This document shows, piece by piece, positions 1-13,149 of a stretch of DNA of 64,000 bases. The notes beneath the pieces were generated by a model, which saw only the letters and a list, made by a program, of their open reading frames with translations, ran no database searches and was not told where the DNA came from. How positions within the stretch are numbered: the stretch's first letter is position 1; each line of letters begins with the position of its first letter. This stretch comes from Eledone cirrhosa (lineage: Eukaryota): NCBI GenBank assembly GCA_964016885.1, contig OZ024742.1:207824001-207888000 (forward strand), written 5' to 3'. Position numbers and translations under genes: made by a program.

Positions 1-385
1 CCACCACTATTCCCCTGTTAACTTGAGAGTGAAAAGGGGAAGGAGGCGGTATCACTAGACAAGGGAGAGGCTAGCAAAAGATATAAATAGATTGACTTAG
101 TGACCTGGCCACCGGCCAAACGTCAACATCAACAACTATGGGACTGCTGGCTCACCCCTTCCTCACCAACAATATAAAAAGCCCCGGCACCACCACCGAC
201 ATAGCCAACAACAATAACAGGCAACTACTGCAAAAAGTATATTATATTATTGTAATGCACTGGGTGATTGCTGGCCTTGTGCCTGGAGTGGAGACAATTA
301 TTAATAATTTCATTCTTAAGCCACGCAATGCTCACATTAAGGAACCACTCATGATAATAACAATTTAAAAAAACAACAAAAAGAA

Positions 386-3300
386 AACCCGTGACCAAGA
401 AATACCGGATGGCGGCCGGCGGGGAATAGCCGTGTCTCTAGGGGAGAACGACCCCTCTAGTCTTGGTTGACACTCGTTCTAGAAGTGGTAACACGAAATG
501 ATTACCCCTTGGCGGATAAGGATAAAACGCGACAAAATAAAGTAAATGTCTAATGATGAAATCTCATACCGGATCGGCCGTCACCCGGGTAAAAAAGGGC
601 CGCGTCCCTCAGAGAGGAACCAGACTGGGGTCGAAAAATCAGCTAATGGTTCAAACCTTCCCATCACTTCGGAGCTGGAGACCTCCCATGAACGGAATAC
701 TCCTACTGTTGGCCCTCCATGCTCACCACCAAGAAATCCAAAGGAAAAGAGAGAAAAATGGTCAAGGGAAGATAATAAAGAAGTCCTTGAGGCTTTCTAC
801 ACTGCCATGTACTACCCATCAAATACATCGAATACAGAACAGACATATATCAACTGGAAAAAGAAACATCCCGAAAACAGAGGCTATATTGACAGTAACA
901 AACTAGCCAATATACGAAGAAATATTGTAAGAAAAAAGTTACTTACTGATATAGAAATTGATCAGATCAAGCTATTAGCACAAAGTCAGCGAAGGGAAAA
1001 TGAAACATGTGTCAGTGAAAACGAGGTAAACTGTAACACTTCGAATCCCAGGGTTGGGGCGGAATCACTGGCAACAGAACAAATTAAAGAAAGGATCGAA
1101 AAAGTGAAGGAAGTGCATGCTCAGGATGAAACTCCAAATGAAAATAATGAGATCGTAAATGATAAAGAAATGAATGAGAATGAACTTGCCAACTTGAAGG
1201 ATGAAATTATGATCGAATGGATGAAAATGAAAGAATCTGACATGGGGAAACGAGACACCCTCCCTAAGATCCAGAACTCCAAACAGAACCAAAAGATAAT
1301 ACACAAGACTAACATAATTCTCAAAAACATTATCATCACAAACAAACTAAACATTACTGATTTAAATCATCTCTATTATGCATCGGCTAAAGTCACCACT
1401 CACTTATGTGGAGTGAAGATGAAAAAACAAAGGAATTCCCACAAGAAATCTACTTGGCAAGAGAACATCAATCGCCAAATAAACCTTCTCCGATCTGACA
1501 TAGATAACAAACTATAAAGTAGGTGAACATGTTAAACAAACTAAACTTAGAAAATTGAAAAAAAAGTACAGTATAAAATCAACATGTGACATAGACATGC
1601 TGATAGAAATAATCAAGCAAAAAGTGTCGGCCAAAGCTGCTCGTATAAAGCGCTTTGAAAAACGATCTAGATTCTATAAGGACAATAATATGTTCAAAAA
1701 CAACCAAAGCAACTTCTACAGAAAAATTGGTAAGTCAACAATAACTGCTAAATCAATACCACCCAAGGAGGAAGTGCAAGAATTCTGGGAAAAGATCTGG
1801 GCCGAAGAAAAAGTTCATAACATACATGCCGCATGGATAGACAGACAAATGAAAGATACAGCTCAACTTGAGGAACAAATATGGGAAAATATAACAGTTG
1901 AACAGCTGCGCTTGGCTCTAAGAAAATCCAGCAAATGGATATCTCCAGGAAAGACAAAATACAAAACTTTTGGATAAATGCCTTCACAGAGTCTCATGAG
2001 CTGTTAGCCCAACTTTACAATGAAATAGTTAAGGAGCCAGAAAAGATACCACCATGGCTAGTTAACGGCATTACATTCCTGCTTCCGAAGAATGATGAGA
2101 CAAACAATCCCAAAAATTACAGACCGATAACTTGCTTGACCACAATGTATAAAATTTTAACATCAGTCCTAACTGAATACACATATGACCACCTGATAAC
2201 AAATGACCTATTTCCCATTGAGCAGAAAGGGTGTAAACGAGGCTCATATGGCTGTAAGGATCAGCTTCTGGTTAACAAAATGATACTGGAAGATTGTCAT
2301 AATAGACACAAAAATCTATCGATTGCTTGGATAGATTATAAAAAAGCATTCGATAGTTTGCCACACAGATGGATTGAAAAATGTTTAGAGATTTTCAAAA
2401 TATCCCCCGTTGTCAGGAGGTTTTTGTCATTCAGTATGAAGACATGGAAAACGACACTCCTTTTGAATAGAGAAACAAAATCACTGGAAGCTGGAGAAGT
2501 TAATATTAATTGTGGAATTTTTCAGGGTGACTCTGTATCACCGCTTTTATTCTGCATCGCACTTATACCATTAAGTAAAATGCTCAATGAAACAAAACAC
2601 GGATATAAAATCTATGACAAAACCATTAATCACCTGTTCTACATGGATGACCTGAAACTATTTGCAAAAAATGATGAACAATTGCAAGGGCTATTATCCA
2701 CTGTGGAGCAGTTCAGTGATGACATTAAAATGGAGTTTGGACTAGATAAATGCGCCAAAGCAACGTTCACCAGAGGAAAGCTGCTGAAGAGTTCAGACAT
2801 TAATCTTGATCGGGGGAACGTGATAAGAGAACTTGATCAAGAAAAAACTTACAAATATCTAGGTGTTTGTGAAGGAGATGGAATCAAGCACTCGACAATG
2901 AGGGAAAGGATAAGGAAGGAATGTTACCGCAGAGTAAGAGCAATCTTAAGAACGGAATTGAATGCAAGGAATAGGATCGATGCCATAAACACGCTTGCCA
3001 TACCAGTAGTAACCTACAGTTACAATGTCATCAACTGGTCAAGCACAGAGATCCGTAGGCTCGATACAAAAATTTGAAAATTCTTAACCATGCACATAAT
3101 GCATCACCCTAAGGCAGATATAGATAGAATATATCTCCCTAGGAAAGAAGGAGGACGTGGGTTAATCCAGTTAGACATTGCGTTGAAAACTGCAACAATT
3201 GAATTATCTATATATCTAAGGGAATCACATGATTGGATGATCAAACTCGTTTTGAACCACAAAGCATCAAATGATCATATTCCATTACAAAAGATGCACA

Positions 3301-4345
3301 AAGATACAGTAATGGACTACACATTTCAGAAGTCCCATTTACTGCTGAAATGGAAAACACAGAAAAAGCAAAGCAGGTAAAAGTAACTGCAAAGAAAGAA
3401 CTGCTACAGAAACTGGCTAAGAAATGGCAAGAAAAGCCTCTGTATGGAAAATACCCAGAGCGAGCTAACAATCCTGATGTTGACAAAACTTTAACCCATC
3501 AGTGGTTGGCATCCTCTGGACTGAAATCGGAGACTGAAGGACTGATTATATCGGCACAAGATCAGTGTCTGCCAACAAAAAATTACCAAGCCAGCATAAT
3601 AAAAAATGGATGCAGCCCATTATGCCGTGTATGCAAAAAACAACCAGAGACCATTGACCATATAATTTCAATGTGCAGTCCTATAGCTCCAACCGAATAC
3701 CTAAGCAGGCATGACAGAGCTGCACAATACATACATTGGATAATGTGTAAGCATCTTGACCTGCCCCATCAAAAGAATTGGTGGGAGCATCAACCACCTC
3801 CCATACTTGAAAAAGATCACATCTCAATCTTGTGGAACTTTAGCATCCAAACAGACCGAAAAATAGATGCAAATAGACCTGATATAATATTGAAGGACTT
3901 TAAAAATAGGGTATGCCTGCTAATTGATATGTCTGTTCCAATAGACAAGAATGTATCTATAAAAACATTTGAAAAATTGAGCAACTATAAGGACCGGGAG
4001 ATAGAAATTGGAAAAATGTGGAAATTGAGAACTAAAACAATACCAGTGGTTGTAGGCGCTCTGGGAATGATACCTAAGGGGTCTAATGATTACTTATCGC
4101 AAATCCCAGGAAACCCGCGTATAGGAGAAATACGAAAGATAGTACTAATGGGAACTGCCCATATACTAAGGAAGATTCTGTCAATAAAAGTACATCACAA
4201 GTCTAAACACTAAAGATGCATGTGTGAGTATGTATGTTCTTTCTTGAACATGGCGGACCTTGTTGTCTCTTGAGGTCACTGGTTGTGACTTGGTGATAAC
4301 TCGTATGAACATAAAGGAAGATAAATGCAACTGTAAAAATAATAA
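386..4345 (+). mobile_element. R4/Dong-clade non-LTR retrotransposon (RT + restriction-like endonuclease), near full length
   Basis: Chained ORFs 546-4213 carry RT motifs (NYRPITCL, WIDYKKAFDS, GIFQGDS, LFYMDD), a CCHC finger (CRVC..ETIDHIISMC), RHD, and PD..D..K RLE motifs. The 3' end runs into (TAA)n at ~4340, the known Dong target. Confidence 0.93.
546..4213 (+). pseudogene. Single RT-RLE ORF of the Dong-like element, broken by a few stops and frameshifts
   Basis: ORF pieces 546-1517, 1555-1977, 1935-3077, 3090-3380 and 3350-4213 join into one R4/Dong-type polyprotein. Confidence 0.9.
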
Positions 4346-4355
4346 TAATAATAAT

Positions 4356-4834
4356 ATTGATTTCGTTTATTAGCCACAAGGGGCGACATGTAGGGAACAA
4401 TACAAAGACAGGGACAGTGGGGGTTTACAATAAGGTCGAGTAAAAGTGCACAATGGCAAGACTAATTTAACAATGAAAATATAAAAATATAAAATAAACT
4501 ATGCATAAAAATAACAAAATAAATTCCCCGATAGGGGGTGGACGACCCTGGGGTGATTCCGGTACCCCACCAATCCTGAACCACCCTGCGCTTGTAGGGC
4601 ACCCAGGGAGAGCACCCCTCTCCTCAAGTTAGCTAGCCTATAGGCGCATGGTCAGAGTAGGCCCATTCACACGAGCCATTCTCGCCACATTCACCCACCT
4701 TTTAGCAAATGTACTGGGGGGCAGCACTTCTCTCTCCACCCTCACCTTCCTTTGCAGGTGAAACTTGAAGAAGTTGATGAGGGATTGGCCGAAGAGAAAA
4801 GTGTCTGTCTTTAGTCCTTTCAACCTGGTCCACC
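4356..4834 (-). mobile_element. Tx1/L1-type LINE, 3' fragment
   Basis: ORF 4638-4823 (FFKFHLQRKVRVERE..RWVNVARMARV) matches the ORF2 C-terminus of the other Tx1 copies. (TAA)n flanks both sides. Confidence 0.85.
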
Positions 4835-4860
4835 AATAATAATAATAATAATAATAATGA

Positions 4861-5768
4861 GTTCTTTATTGGCCACAAGGGCTGACATCAAGAAACATAT
4901 TACAGACGGCACAGGACTGTACAGGGAGGTACGATGTTGGTTTTGTGCGTGTAAATATTTTTATTATTTATATAAGAAGAGAAAAAAAAGACAGATACAT
5001 ATATATATTTAAACAATAAAATGAAAATTGAAACAATGAAAAACTCCCCAATAGGGGGGGGGGGCAACTCCGAAGGTTACTCGTGGCGAAAACCACACAA
5101 AAGAGCAAGGCTACCCAGACCACCAGGGCAAGCGCTCTTTCTCATTTTTTCCATTTCTCAAACTACAGACGTATATTCAGAGCGATCCTGTTCACTCGGA
5201 CCATTCTCGCTACACTCACCCACCTTTCAACAAACTTGCTAGAAGGCAGCACTTGCCTCTCCACCCTGATTTTCCTCTTCAAGTGAAACTTGAAAAAGTT
5301 AATTTGGGATTCGCCGAAGAGGAAATTGTCTGCCTTTAACCCTTTCAACCTTGTCCTGCACACAATCTCTTTCGCCATGGCCACCAGGCAGATGAAAACC
5401 GCCTGCCCTTCCTCCTCGAAGGAAGACGGCGAGACCATCTGCACAATGGACTCGATAACCGGGTCAGTCCTACACGCCACAGCAAATGTTCGACATAGCT
5501 CCACAAGTCAGCAATGCTCGGGCACGGAACGAGTGCGTGCACGATGGTTTCGTCGCTCTGCGCGCTTCTCGGACATGCTCGGCTGACGGCACTTCCGTGC
5601 CTCTAGAGCTGATCTCGAATCGGCAGCGCTCCCCGGTAGCACTGCCAGGCCAGGGATTTTTGGAAGTTATCCATAGGCCCTGGGCTGAAAGTTCTCTGGA
5701 AGAGAGCAAACAGCTGATCTTCTTCGACGCCCAGGATCTCTCCGGGAACGTCGTCGCTCAACCCCTAT
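4861..5768 (-). mobile_element. Tx1/L1-type LINE, 3' fragment (zf-RVT region)
   Basis: Minus-strand peptides HALV.CPSIADLWSYVEHLL and GQAVFICLVAMAKEIV. AATAAA-containing 3' end abuts (TAA)n, and TAATAATAA lies at the 5' junction. Confidence 0.88.
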
Positions 5769-6377
5769 TAATAATAATAAGGGAAGAATAGAGTGCTATG
5801 GAATCGCTCCCGTAAATATTTGATTTTTTACATATTTAAAACAAATGTGATAGAATAATTCTCATTACAAATGGTACATAATGCACGAGTCCTAACTCTC
5901 AGGAAGTGGCACACATAACACTCTGGCATATGGCTCAAATATTTAATTTTGTATCAGAAATTGTATAGTCAAAAAAGAAAATGGTTACAAATGGTCACAA
6001 ATGAAGAAAACAACAGCCACATAATTTCAGCACCATCACCACCACCACCGCCGCCGCCGCCACCACCACCACCACCACAACATTTAGCTAGAGACAAAAC
6101 AACAGCAGCAACAACACCATCACTACGGTACTACTACCCCATCACCATCGTCACCACTCCATCATCGCTACCACCACTATTCCCTCACTACCTCCTGGAG
6201 TGGGAAGGTAGTAGTAGTGCCACTCCCCATGACTAGAAAGGAGGTAGCTACCAAAAGATATAAATAGACTGATTTAGTGTATCCGGTCAAACAGCTAACA
6301 ACAGCACCATAATAATTATTGTTGTAGTATCTCTAAACTCTCTCAAAATAATAATAATGTCAAATAATAATAATAAT

Positions 6378-6545
6378 TGTTTCTACTTTTGGCACAAGGC
6401 CAGCAATTATCTCAGTGTATTACTAGTACTTTATTTTATCGTCCCCGTAAGGATGACAAGCAAAGTTAACTCAGACCATAAAGGGCCGTAAATCTTTGCT
6501 GCAAAGCATGGCGTCCGACCCTCTACCGATACTGCCAATCCAGAT
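6378..6545 (-). mobile_element. tRNA-derived SINE (internally deleted copy)
   Basis: Reverse complement has the TGGCAGTATCGGTAGAG head, central TCATCCTTACGGGGACGATAAAATAAAGTAC and tail GCTGGCCTTGTGCCAAAAGTAGAAAC. Confidence 0.85.
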
Positions 6546-6859
6546 AAGCAGCAAGTCAAACAATTACAGAACAGAACCCAGACAAATAATCACACAACAT
6601 CAAAAGAAAAACAAATTTCAGAAGTTTTGAACGCAACACCTTACCTCCCTCGTTGCTATGACTACGAGCTTAGCGTAGCTAAAATCAAAAACAACAGCAG
6701 CAGCAACAATGTAACCGATGTTACTGGCCTTGAAAAACCAGAAGGAAAAAAAAAAACTAAGACATTCAAGCATTACAATGAAACTTATGTTTATTTTTTC
6801 ATGTTTTTTATTTATTTACCTGTTTATATATTTATTTTCGTCTCCAACGTGATGTTGCC

Positions 6860-9800
6860 GTGCTAAAATCAGCGGTGGTTATGTAACCATTCATTCACCA
6901 ATCCTCGATATGAGTGTTTAAATGTCGAACCTAAACAGTTCGAATAACGGTGTAAAGGAGACTGAACGTCATGTGAAAGACTCTCACCCAGCAAGTGCTC
7001 CCTGGATCAACAGCAGGGATCTGGTTGTCATCCAAATACTGCTTGTGCTGGAGGAAGAAGTAGGAATGGGACAAGAATCAACTGGACGAGAGAATTGAAT
7101 AGAACTATCATGAAATGTTACCTGAAGAGTAACGCCATGGAAAAGGGCTGTAGAAAACGGGTGCATAACATCTGCAACGAGATTGGTCTAATTAAATTAG
7201 ATGAACAAAAATTGGCCGGACAGGCTCGGGTAATAAGAACTAATGGATGGATAAGCAAGTTGGAACTGGAGGAACTGAGCAGAGAGATTAAGTTGGGAAT
7301 GGAGAGTGGAGTATATCAGGCAAATGAGCCAGTGGTGAAATGAAGGTGAAGAGGTTGAGAGACCTGAGGAAGCATCCGATGCAGACAATAATCTGAATGC
7401 TGAAATAAATAACATCTGGAACAAAGTTACGGCCATTGAGGAAATGAATGCTGACGGGCTAGGGCAAGATTTGGTTGAAATCCTGCTCTTAGTGGTAGAT
7501 GAAATGAACAAAGACAGTGGAAAACCTACGAATCTAAGATTTGTAGACAGGAAAAAGTTAAAAGAAACAACAGCTAAGGCAAACAAAGTCATCCCATACC
7601 TTGAGGCGAGGAACCTTCACCAATGCAACAATATCCTCAAAGCAACCGCAAATGTGCTGAGGAAATTACATGGCATAAAAACGAGAGGAAGCAACATACA
7701 AGAAAGATCAGAACCTTGGTGGAAGAAACGACTGAATGGTCAAATCAAAGAAATGAGAAAATACATTGGAAAGCTTGAGTCCTTACTGAATGGGACATTA
7801 CAAAACATAGATACTAAAGATAGATTGAAAATAAAATACAAAACTAGGGGGAAAAAAGCTAAATATTATCATAGAAGAACTGAAGCAATGCATTGTAGCA
7901 AAAATTGAAGAGATTAGGCGCTATGAGAACAGAGTTAGTCAGTATAGACAGAACCGCATGTCTGACAACACCCAGAAGATGTTGTTTAAACAACTTGAAG
8001 GGGAAGAAAGAGGCAACGATGTGATCAATGAGGCGAAAGAGACTAAGACATTCTGGAGAGGAATATGGGAGCAGGATGAACATAATAGTCAGGCAGTGTA
8101 GATTGAGACAGTTCAAAAAGAGATTAGTGAACAAGCACACCAACAACCTGATTTGAGTATCACAGTTGAAACTCTTAAAGCGCAGGCCAAAAAACTAACC
8201 AACTGGAAACCACCAGGCCCAGATGGTGTGCAGGTGTATTGGATTAAAAATATAAGATCCCTCCACCCGAAACTGACAACCATGTTCAATGACTGCTTGA
8301 TGTCCAGTGAAATATCAGAGTGGTTGACAAAAGGTACCACAGTTCTGGTAATGAAATACCGAATCAAGGGTAATGATGTTGCCAAGTATAGGCCTATCAC
8401 ATGTCTGTCCGTAATGTGGAAACTGTTAACAAGCTTTGTATCTGAGGAAATCGACCATCACCTCCACATAAACAACTTGTTACCGGACGAACAGAAGGGA
8501 TGCCGAAAGAAGACCCGTGGTACAAAAGACCAGTTACTTATTGATAAGATTGTACTGAGGAATTGCAAGAGGAGGTATACTGGTCTTGCCATGGGATGGA
8601 TAGATTACAAAACGGCATTCGACATATTACCTCATTCTTGGATAACCAAACGCCTAGAAGTCTTCAAGGTGGCAGATAACATCAGACAGTTATTGAGCAA
8701 AAGTATGAAGTTGTAGCGAAGCGACACCTGTCGTCTACTTGGGGACAGCTATGCAGAGTTACCTGCACATAGCTCTGACGTCACAAACTGATGTCACCAA
8801 AAATAATTCACTCTCCGGCGGCGATTTGCGAAGAGACCTCACGAATAATTTTGGAGCTGACTTCTTCCTATGAAGAGATGATTTCTGCCTTTTCTCTCTA
8901 GAGATGACTTCTGCCTTCTCTCCCTAGATAATGACTCCTGCCTATGAAGAGATGACTCCTGCCTTCTCACTCTCTTGCTTATACGCTCCAGTCTTGGAGT
9001 CGCGACCAAGTCACCAACTACACCATCACGACACGTGGTAAAATATTTCTAATTTGTTATTATTGACTCCTGTGATATAAAACTTTGTACAAACACGCAC
9101 CAGCCATTCTTATTCTTTTTAATATTATTATAAATAATATATACACCAATACCAGTCACCCAAAAAGTCCTGCGAAACAGAGTTAACATCAGGTGGAAAA
9201 TCCTTGGAAGGCGTGAAGATCAAGTGAGATATCTTCCGGAGAGATAGTTTGTCCCATCTGCTGTTTGTCCTTACCCTGACACCCCAGACCATTATAGGAT
9301 ATGGAGGAGAAGATTAGGAAGCTAATGACTATCTACACCATGTTCCGCAAGAGGAGTGATGTTGATAGACTGTACTTAAATAGATCTGAAGGTGGAAGAG
9401 GTATTATCAGCATGGAGGACTGTGTTCAGATGGAGAAAAACAACCTGCACAAATATGTGATTGACAGTAGGGAGCCAATGCTCAAAATTGTACTGAAGGA
9501 GAGGACAATAGACCAGGGGATGTCCAAGGAGGAAATAACAACTAGGAGGAAGAGCAACTTTCATGAAAAATCCCTTCATAGCACCTTCTTTAAGAAAACG
9601 GAATTTAGAGATCCACAGATATGGAACTGGGTAAAAAGAGGAGACCTTAAAAAAGCTACAGAAGGAATGCCAGTGGCTGCGCAAGAGAAATCCCTCAGAA
9701 CGAAGTGGGTGAAACGCCATATTGACAAGGAGGAGGTTAGCTCACTGTGTAGGATATGTGGAGAAAAAGATAGGAGACTGTGGCTAACATTGTATCCGAG

Positions 9801-10350
9801 TGTAAACACCTAGCCCAGACACACTATTATGGCTGGAGACATGATGTGATAGGCAGGGTGATCCACTGGCATCTTTGCAAAGTAAACAATTTACCACATT
9901 CTGAGAAGTGGTATGAGCATAAGTCAGAGTCGGTGATAGAAAACGATAAGGTGAAGCTGCTATGGGATTTTAGGATACAAAACACAATAAGCCTGGCTTG
10001 GTGGTTTTGGACAAGTAAAACAGATTGTGCTGATTGTAGATGTAGCCTGCTAATTTGACACGAGATTGCAAGAAAAGGAGAGGAAGAAAATTAACCGATA
10101 CCAAGACTTAAAGTGGGAGGTAAAAAGGATTTGGAAATGCCTTGAAGTCAGTTGTCATAGGCGAACTAGGTACTATCTCAAAGAGTTCCCAAGGATGGTT
10201 AAATAATGTTAGTCCAGCCCCGCTTTTTGGAACACTTCAAAAGGCATGCTTGCTGGGAACAGCAAGAACCCTCCGATAGGTCCTGAATATCTGAGGCTTT
10301 TCAACAAACTTTCTAGTTAAATAACATCAATGACTGAGACTCGAAGAACA
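6860..10350 (+). mobile_element. Second R4/Dong-clade element, degenerate, with the RT core deleted and a nested insertion
   Basis: Peptides EPWWKKRL, NWKPPGPDGVQVYWIK, KYRPITCLSVMWKLL, WIDYKTAFD, LYLNRSEGGRG, CRIC and RHDVIGRVIHW. The YMDD region is missing (jump near 9290). Ends in (TAA)n at 10350-10400. Confidence 0.9.
8712..9179. mobile_element. ~470 bp insertion in the Dong RT, probable solo LTR
   Basis: Interrupts SKSMKL|TELTSGG. Ends TGTAGCG...CGAAACA with flanks AAGT/GAGT, and contains short GAGATGACTYCTGCCT repeats. Confidence 0.55.
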
Positions 10351-10351
10351 A

Positions 10352-10394
<43 letters not shown>

Positions 10395-10400
10395 AATAAT

Positions 10401-11348
10401 GCTTTCTTTATTAACCACAAGGGTTGACACGATGTATAACATTAAGGACAACACAGAACAATACGGGCCGGACGGTACAAATGGTCATTTCTGCGGGTAA
10501 AATAAACAAAAAAACGATGATGTATCAAAAAAAGAAACAATGAAAAATTCCCCAATAGGGGAGAGATTTCCGAGGATCGCTCGTGGAGAAAGCCCACAAA
10601 AAAGCCTCGGTTACCGTAACCGCAGGGGCAACTGCCCTCTTCCAGTTTTCCTCCTACGATGCTACTGGCACACGCTCAGATTACGCCCATTGACACGGGG
10701 CATTCTTGCCTCTCTCACCCACCTTTCAACAAACAGGCTGGAAGGCAGCACTTCCCTCTCTACCCTGATTTTCCTTTTCAGGTGAAATCTGAAAAATTCA
10801 ATGAGGGCTTCACCGAAGAGGAAAGTACGCGTCTTCAACCCTTTCAGACGTGTCCACCATACAATCTATTTTGCCATGACCACGAGGCAGGTAAAAATAG
10901 CCTGCCCTTACCGACTAAAGGAAGGCGGCGGGGCAATCCTCACGATGGACTCAGCTGATAGCCGGATCCTTTCTACACGCGACAGCAGGTGTTCGACATA
11001 AACCCACAAGTCAGCAATGTTCGGACACTGGACGAGTGCGTGCAGGACGGTTTCGCCGCCCTTCGCGCATCTCGGACATGCCCGGCTGACGGCACTTCCG
11101 TGCCTGTAGAGTTTATCCCGAACTGGCAAGGCTCCTCGGTAGCACTGCCAGGCCAGGCATTTCTGGAAGTTGTGCATGGGCCCTGGCTCGAAAGTTCTCC
11201 CCAAGAGATTGGCTAGTTGGCTTTTGTCGACGCCCAGAGTCTCCCCAAGGACGCTATCGCTCTTTCTCTCCACTGACCCCCTATAGAATGCCAAGGTGGA
11301 GTTTCCACCGATCGCATTGCTCGACTGGTCGAGAGCTGTAAGCACCTG
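10401..11348 (-). mobile_element. Tx1/L1-type LINE, 3' fragment
   Basis: ORF 10908-11345: LAWQCYRGALPVRDKL..CPRC..ETVLHALVQC (zf-RVT). The 3' end abuts (TAA)n. Confidence 0.9.
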
Positions 11349-12687
11349 TTAGTATAACGGAAGTTGCTGCTGCGAGTAGCAGTTTCGCAATCGATTTTTT
11401 GGAGGCTGCCACAAAGCACTGAATGAGATGAAATTAATAAATGTATGCCCAGAATAATAACATATATATGCACATATATAGAAATGACATATGTAGGTCT
11501 AGAACTGTTTCATTCGTATGAAATCTTGAGAAACGTCATCCTGACGATTTCTACAAATGAAACAGTTCAAAAAGTCATTACTATATATAATAAAGATACC
11601 TATATTCTACCAATGAACTGAGTAACTTTGTAACTATTAATACCCCCAACACAATTCGGGTATCCACATTATATATATTATATAAATATTAGTGTGTGTA
11701 TGGATGTACGTGAGAGAGAGAGAGAGAGGGAGAGAGGGAAAGTGACTGAATGCATATATGTAAGAATATGAGAATGACATACATTTCAGGAAGACAGCCA
11801 ACATATGGTAATAATATTCTAATTTTTGAGCACCTCAATGAGGCACTTTGATTTAATGTTTCAAAATAATACATGTCAAATTTAATCCTCGCTTGAACAT
11901 TTACAGATACACACGCATGTCTGGACACACATATATACACACATTTATATACGCATACACACGCACGCATAAGTGTATTTCATATATATATATACTATAA
12001 ATTATGTCCATAGAATCATTTGATAAGATATATACACCATTTCCTCTCCCAATTAGCATAATCAACCACAAAAAAACAATTAAACCAGGCTATAAGATTA
12101 AAAGGCACCTATAAAGAAATAATAGATAAATAAACGACACCCATCTATTCGCGATCAACAGCTATGGAATATTTACCCAGCATTTCAATAGCACGTGGCT
12201 ATCGATTAAGTATATCGTCAACCATACACAATTAGGTATAAAATTAAAGTTAGAAGAAAAAATGTATATAAACATACCAGGATTACGTTTCTACCCCTTA
12301 CGGTTTCATTCGCTTTTGGAAATATGCGATCAAGGATAAATTCTCGAGCTTCGAAATCATCAGGAAACAAACTAAGAACTGTGATGTGGCAGTGGTCAAG
12401 TCAGAAAGAATGTGATTAGTGCCTTACGGCGAGTGGGCTGGTTGCTAGAAAGCGCAGCCTAATATTGCCTAAATTTCATCTCAACCTTATGGGAGATTAT
12501 CAAATATAAAAATTTACATATACACAAACTAGACAAAGTATATATATATTGGAAAATGAGTGAGATCATTGGTACAGTTAGGTATATTTGAAAAAAAGGA
12601 AAAGAATGACTTCACTTGTAGTGTTAACAAATCTTGATTTAATTTTATAATATAATATTATGAGTTGGTAGATCTCAGAATATTGTA

Positions 12688-12875
12688 TGGTGGACTGGCA
12701 GTATCGGTAGAGGGTCGGACGCCATTCTTTAACGCATAGAGTTACGGCCCTTGCCATTCTGAGTTCAAATCCCGCCAAGGTTAACTTTGCCTTTCATCCT
12801 TATGGGGTCGATGAAATAAAGTACCGGTAATACACTGGTTAATTGCTGGTTTTGTGCCAAAAGCAGAAACAATAA
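12688..12875 (+). mobile_element. tRNA-derived SINE, full length
   Basis: A box TGGCAGTATCGG, B box GAGTTCAAATCC, central GCCTTTCATCCTTATGGGGTCGATGAAATAAAGTACC (resembles the MetaSINE central domain) and an AAT-type tail. Confidence 0.9.
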
Positions 12876-12955
12876 TATTATGAAATTAAATCAACATTTT
12901 TTAACACTACAAGTGAAGTCATTCTTTTCCTTTTTTTCAAATATATCTAACTGTA

Positions 12956-13011
<56 letters not shown>

Positions 13012-13149
13012 GTGTCAATTACTTCTTACTTTATAATTTGTTGCATAGCTCTGATATCGAGTCAATTTAATTATTTCGATTATTTTGTCTCTCGTAGTCA
13101 TAGAGCAAGACTGGTTATGGGCGACACCACACACACTCACATGCTTGTG

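Noticed and set aside
411-432. GGCCGGC, identical to HDV genomic P1
   Set aside because: No downstream complementary GCCGGC(U/C) strand. The alternative pairing scheme is reported as a finding instead.
12688-12790. tRNA gene suggested by A/B boxes
   Set aside because: It continues into the SINE central domain and tail, forms no cloverleaf, and occurs in many copies.
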